Source: Raillietiella orientalis (lineage: Eukaryota). Taken from it: 64,000 bases of DNA. The DNA is taken from the NCBI GenBank assembly GCA_036172245.1, contig JAYWIR010000010.1:3782001-3846000 (forward strand), in the 5' to 3' direction. The notes beneath the pieces were generated by a model. That model was not told the origin of the DNA. It was given only the letters and a program-made list of their open reading frames with translations, and ran no database searches. The position numbers were made by a program, and so were the translations under genes. This document shows, in pieces, positions 40,896 through 53,697 of the stretch (position 1 is the first letter of the stretch; each line of letters begins with the position of its first letter).

Positions 40896-40914
40896 TTCAA
40901 AAATCGCGCCAAAA
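40896..40914 (-). promoter_or_regulatory. E2F/CDE-CHR tandem element upstream of PDS5
   Basis: The minus strand reads TTTTGGCGC-GATT-TTTGAA, a GGCGC core with a 4-nt spacer before CHR TTTGAA. Confidence 0.45.
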
Positions 40915-41786
40915 ATTATTTATACTTTTCGCAACGTAAATTGTTACCTAAATAAAATTAATGTTTATTGTTGAAATATTTCACTTAACACTGGTACTTA
41001 CTTAGTAGTAGTAGTCATCAAAATTTCATGAATAATTGATTTTTAAAAGGTTTTTTTGTTGAGTCTTCTAAATTACCGCAGTGTCGTCATCTGTTGGAAA
41101 ATCTTGTTTTAAAGAATATCTTATTGCAAAACGTATTGTATGCGAGAGATGTCACAGTTGCAAATGGCAGTGAAGTCTAAATCAAAATACAAACGTTGTC
41201 GTGCACTAAAGTGAATGATATGAGGACTGTTTGTTTTTGTTGTGTGTGAGGGATTAAATGTGAATCGTGTGTTTACAATTTTCGTTATACTTTATATTCT
41301 AAATGAAACGGAAGTGTTTGCTTTTGTTTCAGATGGCTGTTTCATTTTTGTGATGATTGTGGTACACAATATCTTTTATCTCATATTTAGATCATATTGA
41401 ATCCAATGAAAGATAGCGAATACAATGCTAGAAATTCATCGTATGTCAAACTTGATGTAAATTACAATAGTGGGCAGGTTTGTCAAGATTATTGTTTTGG
41501 GATAAATGTTTGTTGATTCTGGACGTTGAAAGTGAATAGGTGTCTACTGAAAATATATAAGTTTCTAGGAAAAATTTCATTTCATCCCATGGTGAATTTG
41601 TGAGATAAATTTTTGTACTTGTTTTTAAATTTTATCTTCAAAATACGTTATTTTGTTTGAATAAAAATGCGCTCTAGAAATTTATCAGTTGAGTAAACTA
41701 ACTGATAAATAAATGATGAATTTATCAGTTATTGTTTGCGGTTATGCTTTTCACTTTTAATAAGATGTACAATTTTAAGGAACCTA

Positions 41787-44700
41787 ATGATGTCCAAGTT
41801 AAAAAATACTGAATGTGATGAATTGGCCCAGGTTACCATAGTGTACCCTCCAAGCTGCAAGCAAGTTACGGAAGATCTGGGTGCGGATGAATTAATTCGT
41901 AGACTAAAGGTGAGTTCTTGAATGGAGAACTCAGTCTAATAGTTATCTAGGCCTTAGCCCAAAATTTTCAAGCTTTAGGGCAAGAGGAAAATGCTTATCA
42001 GGAATACATACCATTGGCTTTGCATTTAACTGATGATTATTTTCTCACACATCCAAGTAAGGATGTGCAACTGTTAGTAGCATGTTGCATTGCTGATATT
42101 TTGCGGGTGTATGCTCCAGAGGCTCCTTACAAGGACCCAGAGCAAGTGAAAGTAAGAAATGTGAATTGTATTGAATTATATGGCAACAAAAATCTCTTAG
42201 GTAATATTCCTTTTTTTAATTGATCAATTGAGTGGTCTGAGAGACCCCAAAGATCCAGCTTTCAAGCGTTATTTTTATCTTTTGGAAAATCTAGCCTATG
42301 TGAAGTCATTTCACATGTGTTTTGATTTGGAAGACAGTCAGGAAATTTTCTGTCGACTCTTTAGCCTGCTGTTTCGCATTGTCAAGTGAGTGTTTTGGGA
42401 TTGCCACAGTTAAACTTGAAGTTGTATAGTGATGAGCACTCCAACAAAGTTCGCAGCTTCATGTTGGATCTCATTTGTCCTCTTATCATGGAATCTGATT
42501 TTGTTTCTCCGGAACTACTGAATATTATATTGTCAAATATTGTTGATCCTCAAAAGAGCCAGCGGAAACAGGCCTACCTTCTTGCAAAAGAACTTATTGT
42601 CAAAACCAGTGATACTTTGGAGCCATATATCCAAGCCGTAAGTCTTATGTTTTGTGTGACCATACAGCTGGCTATAGTTCTTTAGCCAAGAATTATTTAT
42701 GGAAAGGGATGAGAAGAAAGCTCCCCTATCACATAGAGTGTACGACTTGTTGTATGAGCTGCATCAAATTTGTCCCAGTGTGCTGTTGGCTGTGTTGCCA
42801 CAGCTTGAATTCAAATTGAAATCCACTGATGAGCAGGAGAGATTAAGTGCTGTAGCTCTTCTTGCTCGAATGTTTTCGGAGCCACGCAGCAATTTAGCAG
42901 TACAAAACCATTCTTTATGGCGTGCCTTTTTAGGCCGTTTCAATGATATTAGTGTGACAATTCGGTCACGCTGTGTTCAGTATGTGATGCACTTTCTTCT
43001 GAACCAACCAGAAGTGCGTAGTGATGTCATTGAAGTGTTACAGTCCCGTCAGTATGATGCTGAGGAAAGTGTTCGATATTTGGTCATTGATGCCATTGTA
43101 TCTACGTGCAAAAAGGACCATCAAATTGTGTGCTCATCAGAAGAATTATTGCACATTGTGAGAGAACGAACACTTGACAAAAAGTTCAAAATCAGAAAAG
43201 CTGCCATGTGTGGACTTGCATGGATTTATAAGTTATATCTACGTGAAGCAGAAGTGCCAGAGGCTACCCGGCGTGCTGCCACTTGGGTGAAAGACAAAAT
43301 CTTACATGGCTACTACATGAATAGTTTGGATGATCGATTGTTGGTGGAGCGACTGCTTAATACTTGTCTGGTGCCATACACATTACCTGTGGATGAGCGA
43401 ATGTGCAAACTGTATTTCCTATTTGCAACTATTGATGAGAATGCCACCAAGGCTTTCATCGAGTTGCAAAAACATCAACAGGCAGCAAGACGTCAGATTG
43501 CAGAGCTGGTTGAAATTTTGCATCGAGATGGTCTTATTGATGAGAGAGATCTCAACCTGCGTGTTACTCAGTTATCCAAATTCCTGCCAGACCCTATTAA
43601 AGCACAAGAATTTCTCAAACAGTTTGCACTGCATCTTCTCAAAGATCCAGATGTGATGGGACACATGCTTGCCATTACTGATCCAGATGCAACATGTGGA
43701 GGCTCTGTATCTCATACGGTGAGTGGTTTCAATATTGATTCATTATACATTCTGTTTAGGCGGAATTACTCAAGAAATTAGGGCAACCTGTGATGACTAA
43801 TTTGTATTACAACACAGTTAAAATGCTTGTGGAAAGAGTAGCTTCCGTGATGATGGATCGTGAAGCTCTCAAAGTGAGTGATTGTTTAGTTGTAGAAATG
43901 GTAGTAAAACTCCAGTAGATTCTCTCTGAATATGTAGAGCAAGCTCTGCGGGATCCTGGTTGGCCTCAGCAGCTAGGATTAGAAGGACCAGCTGTTGGAG
44001 AAAAAGGCCTCAAGCTTCTATTTGTGCTGTCTCTCGTTTTCCCTTCGTACTTCTTACATGAAGATGTCTTGCAGCGTTTGTTTGGTCTCCTTGAACTGCC
44101 TGCTGATTTCATAGCACCATTAGTGTTAGCCATTTTGACCAACGTTGGCCAGTATAAACCTATTGGGCAGATATTGCCCAGTTTGATAGCAGATTTGGTA
44201 CTCACATGCCAGCAACTTGCTACCATGGGAACTCCAAAGCAAGCTAAGCATGCAGTCCGTTGTCTTTTTCATAATGTAGTGGAAGATGTAGAATCTTTAT
44301 TTGTTTCTCTGCTAGAGGTAGGATATTTGCTTTTGCATTTTCTAACCTGTATCTATAGATGCTGAAGGAGAACTTGGTGCCAGGGAATGCTAGTATGCGT
44401 ACAGCTATTGTTTCCCTTGGTCACATTGCTCTTTTGCTACCCACGCTTTTCCCAGTTCACGTGAAGAACATTGTATCCCGTAAGGTAAATTATTTGCATA
44501 GATGATTTCTGTCGATGGTCTATCTGGTATGAATAGATTGTGAAGGAGCTTCTTATGAAGCGAACTGAGACTGGGACTTCTCTGTTAGCTGATGATGTCG
44601 AGTGGTGTGAAAAACATGAACTTCCAGAAGATACCCACTGCAAGGTTAGCACAAGATAGAGATATGAGTGGCTATGGTAGACTTTCAGCTTGAAGGATTG

Positions 44701-46458
44701 AAAATGATGGCACGTTGGTTGCTGGGTGCTAAATCAGATGTTGTCTCAGCACAAAAGACCTTTAGAATGTTGAATGCTCTTATTGTGAATGGTGGAGAAT
44801 TATTGCAAGAAGGCACTTTGAGTCCAGCTGAGAGAGCATGGCTGCGCTTGGGTGCAGGTTGCTGTATGCTCAAAGTCTGTGAACAGAAGGGTGTTGGTGA
44901 CCAGTATACTGCGGAGCAGTTTTATAACCTTTCATTGCTCATGGTGGATCCATGTTTTGAAGTTCGTCGTTTATTTGCCCATAAGTTGCACAAAGGTTTA
45001 GGTAGACGATTACCCAACAAATGCTTACCTCTTGATTTCATGGGTTATTATGCTCTTGGTGGTCGTGAAGAGCAGCGAACCCTTCGTACAAAGATCAAGA
45101 GCTTTTTGCAAACAGATATAAGCCGACGTCGAGATTTCATGAAAACAATTCTCATGACGCAGGGAGGTAATTAAACTACATAACAAATGATCAGTAGCTG
45201 AGGGGATCTGTTTCCTAGTGGATAAGGCATCAGAACAGCTCTCCCACATCACTCCTGATTATATGCTTGTGTTTGCTGTTCCTGTGTTGGCTCATGATCC
45301 AGATTTCACCAATCCATTGGACATTGGTCAATTGCAGAAGAGACGCTCTTGTCTGTGGTTTTGCATGGAACCACTTGTCAGTCGCAATGAGAATTATTGC
45401 TTTGGTTTCTACATGGCTCTTCTGGAGCGCATGAAGAATCATGTGGATGCACTCCTTCCTGATGATGATCAAGCCAATCGAAAGTTGTGGGCAGTGTGTG
45501 ATCTGGCAACAGGCTTGCTTCTATCTAAAACAGTGAACTATGACCTCAAAGACTATGTGAATAAGGAACCTTCCATTTCACCATTGCTATTTCGCCCTCC
45601 CTCTGATCCTCTGTTTACAAACACAAAAGTGTATCTTCCCCCAGCCCTCCACTACCAGAACATGAAGAAGGCAACTATAACATCTTCTTTAGTTTCGGAA
45701 CGAAGGAGAACAAGACGTCGAAAAGATGAAGAAGAAAATGATGAAGAGGAGGAGGGACTGGACACTGATGATTTTGCAGGAGATCTTCTTTCTCAGCCAC
45801 CTCATCATATACCAGAGGTGTTTCAATCCACTGATTTATCTGCTTCTATTTTGTCAGAAGAAGAGAGTAGGTTTACTAAGACTCCCAAGCTAGCAGTGCC
45901 TAGAGTAGTGCCTGGGGCGGTGTCAGACGTTAATTCCTGCCAGTCTGGAGAGGATGCTGATACAAGTGCCAAAGACAGCAGCAGGTATAAGAGGAATTCA
46001 AGAAATATACAGGCATTGGGGAGGGGTTGTAGCATTTCTGATGCAGCAAAAGCATCAAGGAAGAAACCAACAGTTAGGAACGACAGTGATGGGTTAAACA
46101 GCCAGCAAAGAATCACGCATTTTTTTCCTCAAAGGAGCCAGGAAACCAATAGTTCACTGGGTGAGGCAAAAGAGCCTGAAGTGGTCCCTCGTAAACGGGG
46201 AAGGTATGGCATCAGGGGATATTGGATACAGAATAAAAACATTTCCGTTCAGACCTTCCACAAAACATGAATCTGTGATCTCCAAACTGGAGGACCCTGC
46301 TCATTGCCGTGCAATGATGTAAGTTTCTGTCAACATGTCTAGAATTGAAGGATTTTTCTTCTAGAAAGAAGCAGCTGGATGCTGTAGCAAATCATAAAGA
46401 ACCCGTGCGGAAGTCAGCACGTTTGGCTGCCATCGGATCACTGGAAGAAGAAGTATGA
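41787..46458 (+). CDS. PDS5: Sister chromatid cohesion protein PDS5; 13 exons, about 1375 aa
   Basis: Exons 41787-41909, 41951-42151, 42201-42385, 42430-42637, 42678-43718, 43760-43873, 43919-44317, 44359-44484, 44537-44644, 44689-45166, 45219-46203, 46253-46318, 46365-46458 (4128 nt). Motifs: [80 protein letters not shown]. Splicing at 46204-46252 restores the AT-hook RKRGRP. A possible extra in-frame upstream exon lies at 41406-41440. AATAAA at 46746. Confidence 0.96.
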
Positions 46459-46674
46459 AAAATGTAGAATTCTTTCACGTTAACTGTGTGATTTCAGCAA
46501 GCTATTAAGAAGGTTTCAAAAAGAAACAGCAGGTGATAAGATTTTCCTGCTACTACATACTGCATGCTAATTTATGAAGCAAAGCACAAGAAGTTGGCTA
46601 CTGGCTAGTTCATGGTTGAGAACTTTTTAGTGAACTCTGTGTAAAAAGACCAATGTCTGATAGTCCGAAAATAT

Positions 46675-46726
46675 TCAAGAGTTATTAATGAAAGTCACTC
46701 AAGAGTTGTTAATGAAAGTCACTCAA
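46675..46726. repeat. 24-nt tandem duplication in the PDS5 3'UTR
   Basis: TCAAGAGTT(A/G)TTAATGAAAGTCAC occurs twice, followed by TCAA. Confidence 0.9.
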
Positions 46727-47899
46727 AATATCCAGACTGCGTGAGAATAAATAAATTTGGTTTCTACAAAGGTTTGAATCGAATTGTTGATTGTGCCTGT
46801 GCGTTTGTCAAGTTGCATTAGAATTCAAGTTCTTCTATCAAGGTGTTCATTGACCACGCTTTCCAAGTTGCTTGCAGGAGTTGAGTGACCCTTGTTCATT
46901 GTGATCTTTTTTGATGACATTAGCGACGTTGAACTTAACAGAACTGTTTGGCCCGATGTTTCCTAAGAAATTCCATGTTGAAAATTTAAATTTGGGATGG
47001 AACTCATAAAGAAATGCAGTAGCACGATGTGCGTGTTTCTTTAGCAAGTGCTTACGATGTGGATGACAGCGGAAAATGACATTCCTTTCCTTGTGAGAGG
47101 CCCATGCAGGTGAACTGGCTATGTCAGCCTGAGCTTGTTAAGAACTGGGAGGGTCGTTTCCCATTCCTCAGCCCCAAGTTCTAACGGCCATGTCCAAAAA
47201 TAAAGTCAGTTACTGCTGTAACAAACATCTGCATCCAAACTTTTTTCTGTTGGAAGTTGTCGGACGTGGTACAGACGAACATTCAAATGTTTCAGCGTGG
47301 CAGTAAGAATCACGTGTACAAAACGGCAATGTCCTGTTCTTTAAGAAGCTTCAGGAAGGTTTTTCCTTCGCTGAAAAATACGAAGTGGATTCTTGCCTAG
47401 CGGCGAAGAATCCATGTTTCACCGTAGTCATCGTTGTCTACTTGCCGGCATCTTTCAGAACAACGAAGTGTGATCATCTTCCGAGTAGATACAGTGGCCC
47501 CAAGATTCGGGGGGTCCCGCAGCAGTAAAGCGGCACGGGGGGATTTCTTGCTGAGTTGGGTGACCACCTTCTACAAAAGCGGTCCATGGGACTCCCGGGT
47601 GCGTGGCTTCTGACACCGTTTACCAGCTAAAGTGGTCCAGGAAGAGTTGGGCGGCTGTCAGCCTCTTTCTGTATGTGCGTGCGTGCATGGGAAGGAAGTT
47701 AGGAGGTCGAGATGAGGCTCGTGTTGGTCTCTTTGCCGCCATCCCACCGAACTTCCTCTAAGAGAACCCCAGAGACTCCAGCCATGGCTTTCAGATGAAC
47801 TCGGTCCGCCCTTCTCCCGGTTCTCCCCATTAGGACTTGTGTGGGAAAGGGGGGAAAGCAGGAGTTTAGTATCGTTCCTTTTCCCGTCTGTCTCCCGGA

Positions 47900-48700
47900 C
47901 CCTTGGAGGAGAAGGCGAGTGTCACGACCCGGAAGTTCGGCTTGCTGATGCTATTGTCTGAACCCAAGAGAGTCCTCCATCCGGGTTTCTCCGAGGCCTC
48001 CGATTCACTTCAGGACTGGACGAAGAAGCGCTCTCTCCTGTGGAAGGAAGGGAAGAAGGGAAAGACGATTATTCCAAGAGACTTTCCCGTGCTCCACCAG
48101 GAAGATTTCCCCGTTCCCCAGAAACCGAACGAACCCTAGGACCGAGCAAGACTTTCGTCCGCCGCCCAAGGTCAGGTCTGCAGTCGGACCAACACGTGGT
48201 CACCCTTTCCATGATTGTGAGAGGAAGACGGGCTCAATTCTCGGAGCCACGGCGTTCCTCTTACAGCTTCGCGGGGTCGCGGTCCCTGAATCTGTGCTCT
48301 GGGACGTCTCAGGTGCCCTTTTCGAATCAGGCACTTCGATGCGGTGGCGCTGCTGTCGTCGAAAGCGTTTTACCGCGGCTCCGAAGATTTCCCAGAGGTT
48401 GCGGTCTTCTCATTGCCGGTCCTCGGCCGACAGCACCACCGTTGCGACAGAAGAACTTCGCTAGCATCTGCGATTTTCAAAACCTTCTCACCCACCCACC
48501 CCATCTCCTCCCCAGCAAGCAGCACTCCTTCACTGCTTGCAGGGATAGGGAGAGGATGAAATCCTTTGTGTCGTTTCTCCGACAGCATCTGACTCCGGTT
48601 GCCCTGGTGACGGTCCGGGCTCCTCCGGCTCAAGTCTACTCATCTAGCTCAGTCCACGTTGGTGCTTTGACATCTCGACACTTCCCTGCTGGCGTGTGGA
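47900..48700 (-). mobile_element. GC-rich decayed RTE-like RT remnant
   Basis: ORF 48370-48633 contains VLLAGEEMGWV...LLSQRWCCRPRTGNEKTATSGKSSEPR, echoing IxLxGExLExV...LSxDGxxxxEIxxRIxxA. Confidence 0.3.
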
Positions 48701-50199
48701 CTCAGAGGGGCTTGGCGCAGTAGACCAGATCTCAGGGGAAGAGCTGCCGTTACTTGTGCGACGCGCGCTCCTGCGTCAAGACTCTGGCCTTCTCCACTGC
48801 TCCTGGAGCGAGGGCAGAGTCCTGCACCTACTCCCCAATTCTAATTCCAGAAAAGGGGGTGGAGAGTGCCTCGTTCAGAGTAAGCGTAGATCTGCAGGAA
48901 TCCGGAGAAGTCCCGGAGGCGGCGCCCTGGGAAAAGAGGTTGCGTACTCATCCTAGGGACCTTCCTTCCTCTCTCCTGAGTTGGTTGGGTTCGCCGGCTG
49001 AGATGAAAAGCGCGTGACCTTTGAGACCTTGCGAACGCTGCCGCACCCCGGGCAGAGCTCAACAGAGGGAAAGTCCAAGTCCCGCGTTCATGATACCGAC
49101 CGCGGCGTCGGTGTCCAGCGTTCTGGTGGCATCTTCGAGATTAAAGGGAAAAGGGCGGTGGCGTGAAAAAGACTGTGATGCTGCTCACGAATAGTTTTTT
49201 TTTTTCAAGCCCTTTCCAGGAGGTGTTCAAAGCGCTCCGAGTCCGCCGACATGGAAAGTATCCATGCTTGAGGACGCGCCGTGATCCTCAGTCTTCTCTC
49301 GGCATGCAGAGAGAAGCAGAGCATGCAGAGATGTTTTGGAGAGCGGCGGCAGTGGGTCGCAGTGCTTGGTGCGGCTCTCGAGACGGGCGAATCCGCACCG
49401 CTACCGAGGGAGTCTCATAGGAGCTTTGCCACACCTAGAGTGAAGCGCCCTCTCTTGGCAACGTTTGTTCCTGCAACCTGAGAATGAGTTCGACCACGGC
49501 CGAGTGCGGCGCCTCCCAAGCCCTAATCGTGTAGCGAGAATAAGGGTAGCTCCGGCGGCGGTCCTTCTGGACGGCGAGGATCGTGCAAAGGACAACTGAA
49601 ATCTTACTCTGCATGATTTGAGGTGATCGTGGTCTCCCTGCCCCTAGCGCAACTCCAGGGAATCCAGGGTATCTCATAGACACGACTTCTGCTTCCGTAC
49701 CGCGGTCATGCTCGGATAGTGCATGGAATGCGGGAGCATGAAGACCCGTTCGGCAGAAGAGAAACAGAAAACAAAAAGTACTGGCAACCCTCCCGAAAGC
49801 AGCATAGGTGGTGGAGCGAAGAGGAACACAAGCGAGGTGGGACTCACAAGAGTAAAAAGGTTTTCGCCAGGCGATGCCGCGACGTTTATTTAAAAGAGGA
49901 AACCAAACGGCGGAGGGGCTGGTATCCCCCTAAATGCAAAAGATGCCAGGAGGAAAAAAAAATCATTGGGGATGACCACCGGAAAGCAGACTTAACTTTT
50001 AGGGAAGTCCGGAAAGGGAGGGAGGGGACAATAAATAAAAAGACGGTAGGGTATGGACTTCGGTTCGGTTGGTTCCTTTCTTTCGAGAAGCGACTGTGTA
50101 TGGTGACGATACCACTGACGACTTCTTGCAGGTGAGATCACCTTGCAGCCGTCCTCATGGAGGCGGCTGCCATGCTGGCGGCCTCCCTTCGCTGCGAAC

Positions 50200-51500
50200 G
50201 TAACTTCAACACGTGGCGGGCTGTCACCATGACGCCCATGTTGCGTCACATGTCCTCCAAGGCACTGCAGTCCAGCGGGAGAGGACCGTTCGGCGAGGCA
50301 ACTCTTCTGGGAAGCAGGCGGGCGCCTGCGTCTTCCGCCACGGCAGGAATCCCCAGCGCAGAAACGGCGGCAGGAACATCCTGTAGTTTCCACCGTGGTG
50401 AGGTGTCCGCACTCAGCGAAGGGACCGCGAGTTCTTCGGGGGTCACAGCGAGCAGGTCGCTCCACCGAAGGAGGAGTTCCTTTGACCGGGAACGAGGAGC
50501 GGCGGCGCTCACCAGCTCGCTCGTTTCGCAGCCGTCGAGGAGTTTCTCGACTCCTGCAATGGTGCAGAACAACTGCCGCCCCGCCGGTTCGGCTGCTGTC
50601 ATCGTTTGCCCTGAGGGCAGACGGTGCGCGGCGGCAAAGGGTGTGACGGCTATGCGGGACCACTGCGTCCACTCCTGCAGAAGGTCTCCCAGCGGTTTGC
50701 ATGGGAGTTCCCCGCAGCGGACGCAGTTCCTCTGGGAGCACTTCCACAGCGGCCACCCTGGACTCCAGCGTCTCCTGCCTCCAGGTGCTCCAGCTTTTGG
50801 AGAGGCGGGTGATCCACGGGTGGGCTGCCAAAAGTGAGGACAGATGCCTCAGGGAGGAGCCGAATCCAACCCTCCTACGTGGGTTGCGTGGCAGCAGCGG
50901 AAGAAGTCCTGCACTTCCAGCGCAACTCCGGAGGATGTGGCGTACCGGAGCACACCAATGACAGGCCCACAATTTGCCACAAAAGGTCAAAAGTCGGAAT
51001 TGCTCCTGCAGTCCGATTTTATAGAGGGTGAGGATGCTTAAGCCAGAGTTCTGGAGCGACGGAAGAGTAAAAGGAAAAAGGAAGGAAGTAGAGAGGCATC
51101 CCGGCTTCCGGAGCCAAAGACCTAGGACGTCAGGACGCCGGGAAACGAGATGCGAACCGAAAGATGGCAGGTTGAGCACAGCTTCAGAGGACCTTCTCAA
51201 AAAAAACAGGAGACCTGAATTCCAGGTTCCTGATTGTCTCCTGGAGCCGCGATTGATGCCCTTCGTCCCGTGGTTCGAGATGATGTCGAGCCGAGACCCG
51301 AGAGAGTCTTTTTAGTTCGTCCTGAAGAGCTGCACGCAGGAGTGTCAGTTGTTCTGGAATCTCCTGATTTTCATTATACACATGTATATTAAGAAAAGGT
51401 AAACATAACTGGGGTGAACTGGCAGCAAGGTCACTCATAAGATTCAAACGAGGAAGGCGTTTTCCTTTTTCCCAGGGGATGGCGCCGTCCTCAGTCCCCG
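50200..51500 (-). mobile_element. GC-rich decayed APE-LINE remnant
   Basis: FLNIHVYNEN (EN-like), RPSAGVDAVVP (cf. KSPGxDG) and FPVKGTP..ERP (cf. IPKKGD...RPI) in the expected order. Confidence 0.25.
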
Positions 51501-52629
51501 CATTCAGCGTAGCCCTGCTGGAGGAAGGGTGGGACGATGTGACACCCTGAACAACAGATAAAGTCTCTTTCCAAGATTCCCCTCTGAGAGCTTTCAAGGT
51601 TTCGTTTTTCCCATTTTGCGAGAGCGGCGAAGCGGGAGCGGACCACCTTGTGCCCCCGGTAGCGGAACGTACCGGAAGGAAATCCGTGTAGCGTAATTTG
51701 CCGCGCATGAGCTTCGGACTGTGGCCCACCACCTCCTCTTCGAACGCGGGGTAGGCCAAGTAAGAATGAAAAATGCAAAAAGCAAAAAAACAGGAGCGAT
51801 CAGGAAGAGTTGATTCACCGAGAGCGTTCCTCCCGACAAAGTTGCGGTCAATCTGGAAGCGGGATGCTTCTGGACTCTGCTGGGGACGGGAACACTTGAA
51901 GAAGCGCTTTCTTTCGAGGAGTAGGAAACGAGTTTTGTGAATCTGGCAACCGTGACAGCAGATTACGAGAATGGAGGCGTGGGGGAAACTCTCAGAGTCA
52001 TTGTTGCGGCTTTTAGCGTCGCTGATGGCCGCTGCGAGTCTCGTGGGGCCTCCGCTGCTACGTCGGTTCCTCCCATTCCGCTTTTCAACGTGTGTGAAGT
52101 GTGAAAACTGGAAGGGAAAAAAGGAGAAAAAGCAAGAAAGAAGAAAGAGGGGGTGGGCGGATGGTCGAGCGGGCGGGAAGAAGAAGGAAAGAAGGAGGAA
52201 GCGAGCGAGTCACTGTGGAAGCTCCTCTGCCAAAGAAGAGTTCTTTTTGGGTTTTCCGGTGATCCTCGCTGTGAGATTCCTTCCGCTGGAACGCACTACC
52301 AGCAAAAAGGGTTGGTCATCAGAGAAGCTTCTTCTGCGGAGATGAAAACAAAAGCAGGGTGAAGACGGCTTTGCTAGCGACCAGGGTTTATCGCCGAAAC
52401 GTCGAAGTTGCAGTTAGCAGGTCCACGTCAGCCAGCATCCTTTCTGCACCGCGTCTCGCGTTCGCTGGAACGCGCGTCCCTAGATGGCGAGGAGCTGCAC
52501 ACACCCGGGATTCTCCGGAGGGACATCGGGTCCTCAGGCAGCGGTTAAACAGCGCGCAATTTTGGCCGTGTTTCGCTGAAAATTAGCATTTTGATGAGTG
52601 CCAGGATTTAGGATGTTTCTGAAGCAGAT

Positions 52630-53100
52630 TGGTCCTCGGGAAAACAGTGTGATCACTGAACGGGGATTTGCTTATACGAAAGGATCTCGGAGACAGAGTG
52701 GTGGGAAAGTTTCCTGGAGAAATGACCTCTTCCTACGTAAACATGTGGAACGAGGATAAACATTCTGCTGAAGAAAGGTACCACGGAGGTTCCATTATTT
52801 CGGTTCCATTCTTTTCGAAAGGCGGAGGAGGAGGAAAGGAACAAATGATGGAAACGAGCAATTAAAAACTGGTTGTGGAATTTGCTCCCAGCTGTACGAC
52901 CGTTTTCAATTCGGGAAGGAAGGAAGGACTCGGGAAAAAAGCGTTGCCGCAATTGGATCTGTTCCAGCGGGAACGTGACGTAATTTCTCATACCGTTGTT
53001 CCTCTCGTGGTGTGTGGTGGACAGCCTGGCCAGCCAAGTCTGCGAAGCGACGCGTCTCCCGAATTTCGCTTGCAAGCATTTGAAGTCCTCACCCCCTCAC
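52630..53100 (+). mobile_element. RTE-like endonuclease remnant
   Basis: SLNGDLLIRKDLGDRVVGKFPGE (cf. MGDFNAKVG...VVGKFGLG). Confidence 0.35.
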
Positions 53101-53674
53101 CGCCCCCTCCCCATCTGAATAGCAGGACAGTCTTGTTTTGATTCAGTTTCCTGAATTTCTTGTCCGATGATCGGATAACTCGCTGCTGCTCGTGTTTTCC
53201 GGCTTTTGCAGATCGATATTCCCCCTCAGAGATGTTTTGGAATGGGAAATTTCGCACAGGCTCCGTGTCAGACGTGGTGTGTTATCTCGAGACGTTTTCC
53301 TCGCTTGTTTTGAGTGAATGCCGGAGAGCGCCGCGTTCGCGAGAGGAGAATTTGGTTGGGATTTATGCTTAACTCAGTTCCAGAACGTTCTCGGATATAT
53401 ACTGCTGGCTATCGCGAACTGATTGGTTCACTTCAAAAAAAAATAAATGAATACCAAAGATGTGTATCCAGGGGGATGGATAGTGCCGGTAGCCGTGGTT
53501 CCTAGGTGTGTGTGTGTGCTTTTTCTTGTCATCTGTCGTTCCATGGCAACACACTCCAGGAGCCGTCTGAGCTCTCTCCGTCACGGAAACAGATCCAGCG
53601 TCTGCATCCTTTAATTCGTTGATGATTTGCTGTCTCTGTGTTCCATCTGAAAAGAAAGAAAAAAAACCCCCCCT

Positions 53675-53697
53675 ACACACACACACACACACACACA
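53675..53697. repeat. (AC)n microsatellite
   Basis: Directly visible. Confidence 0.95.

Noticed and set aside
46459..46560. Post-stop hairpin in PDS5 matching those of Pak3 and KIF18
   Set aside because: Only stems of 6 bp or less were found, so the hairpin pattern is not universal in this window.
22739..46726. CRISPR-like or satellite arrays from short duplications (22739-22781, ~39760-39812, 46675-46726)
   Set aside because: Only two unrelated units each, in a eukaryotic context; these are ordinary local duplications.
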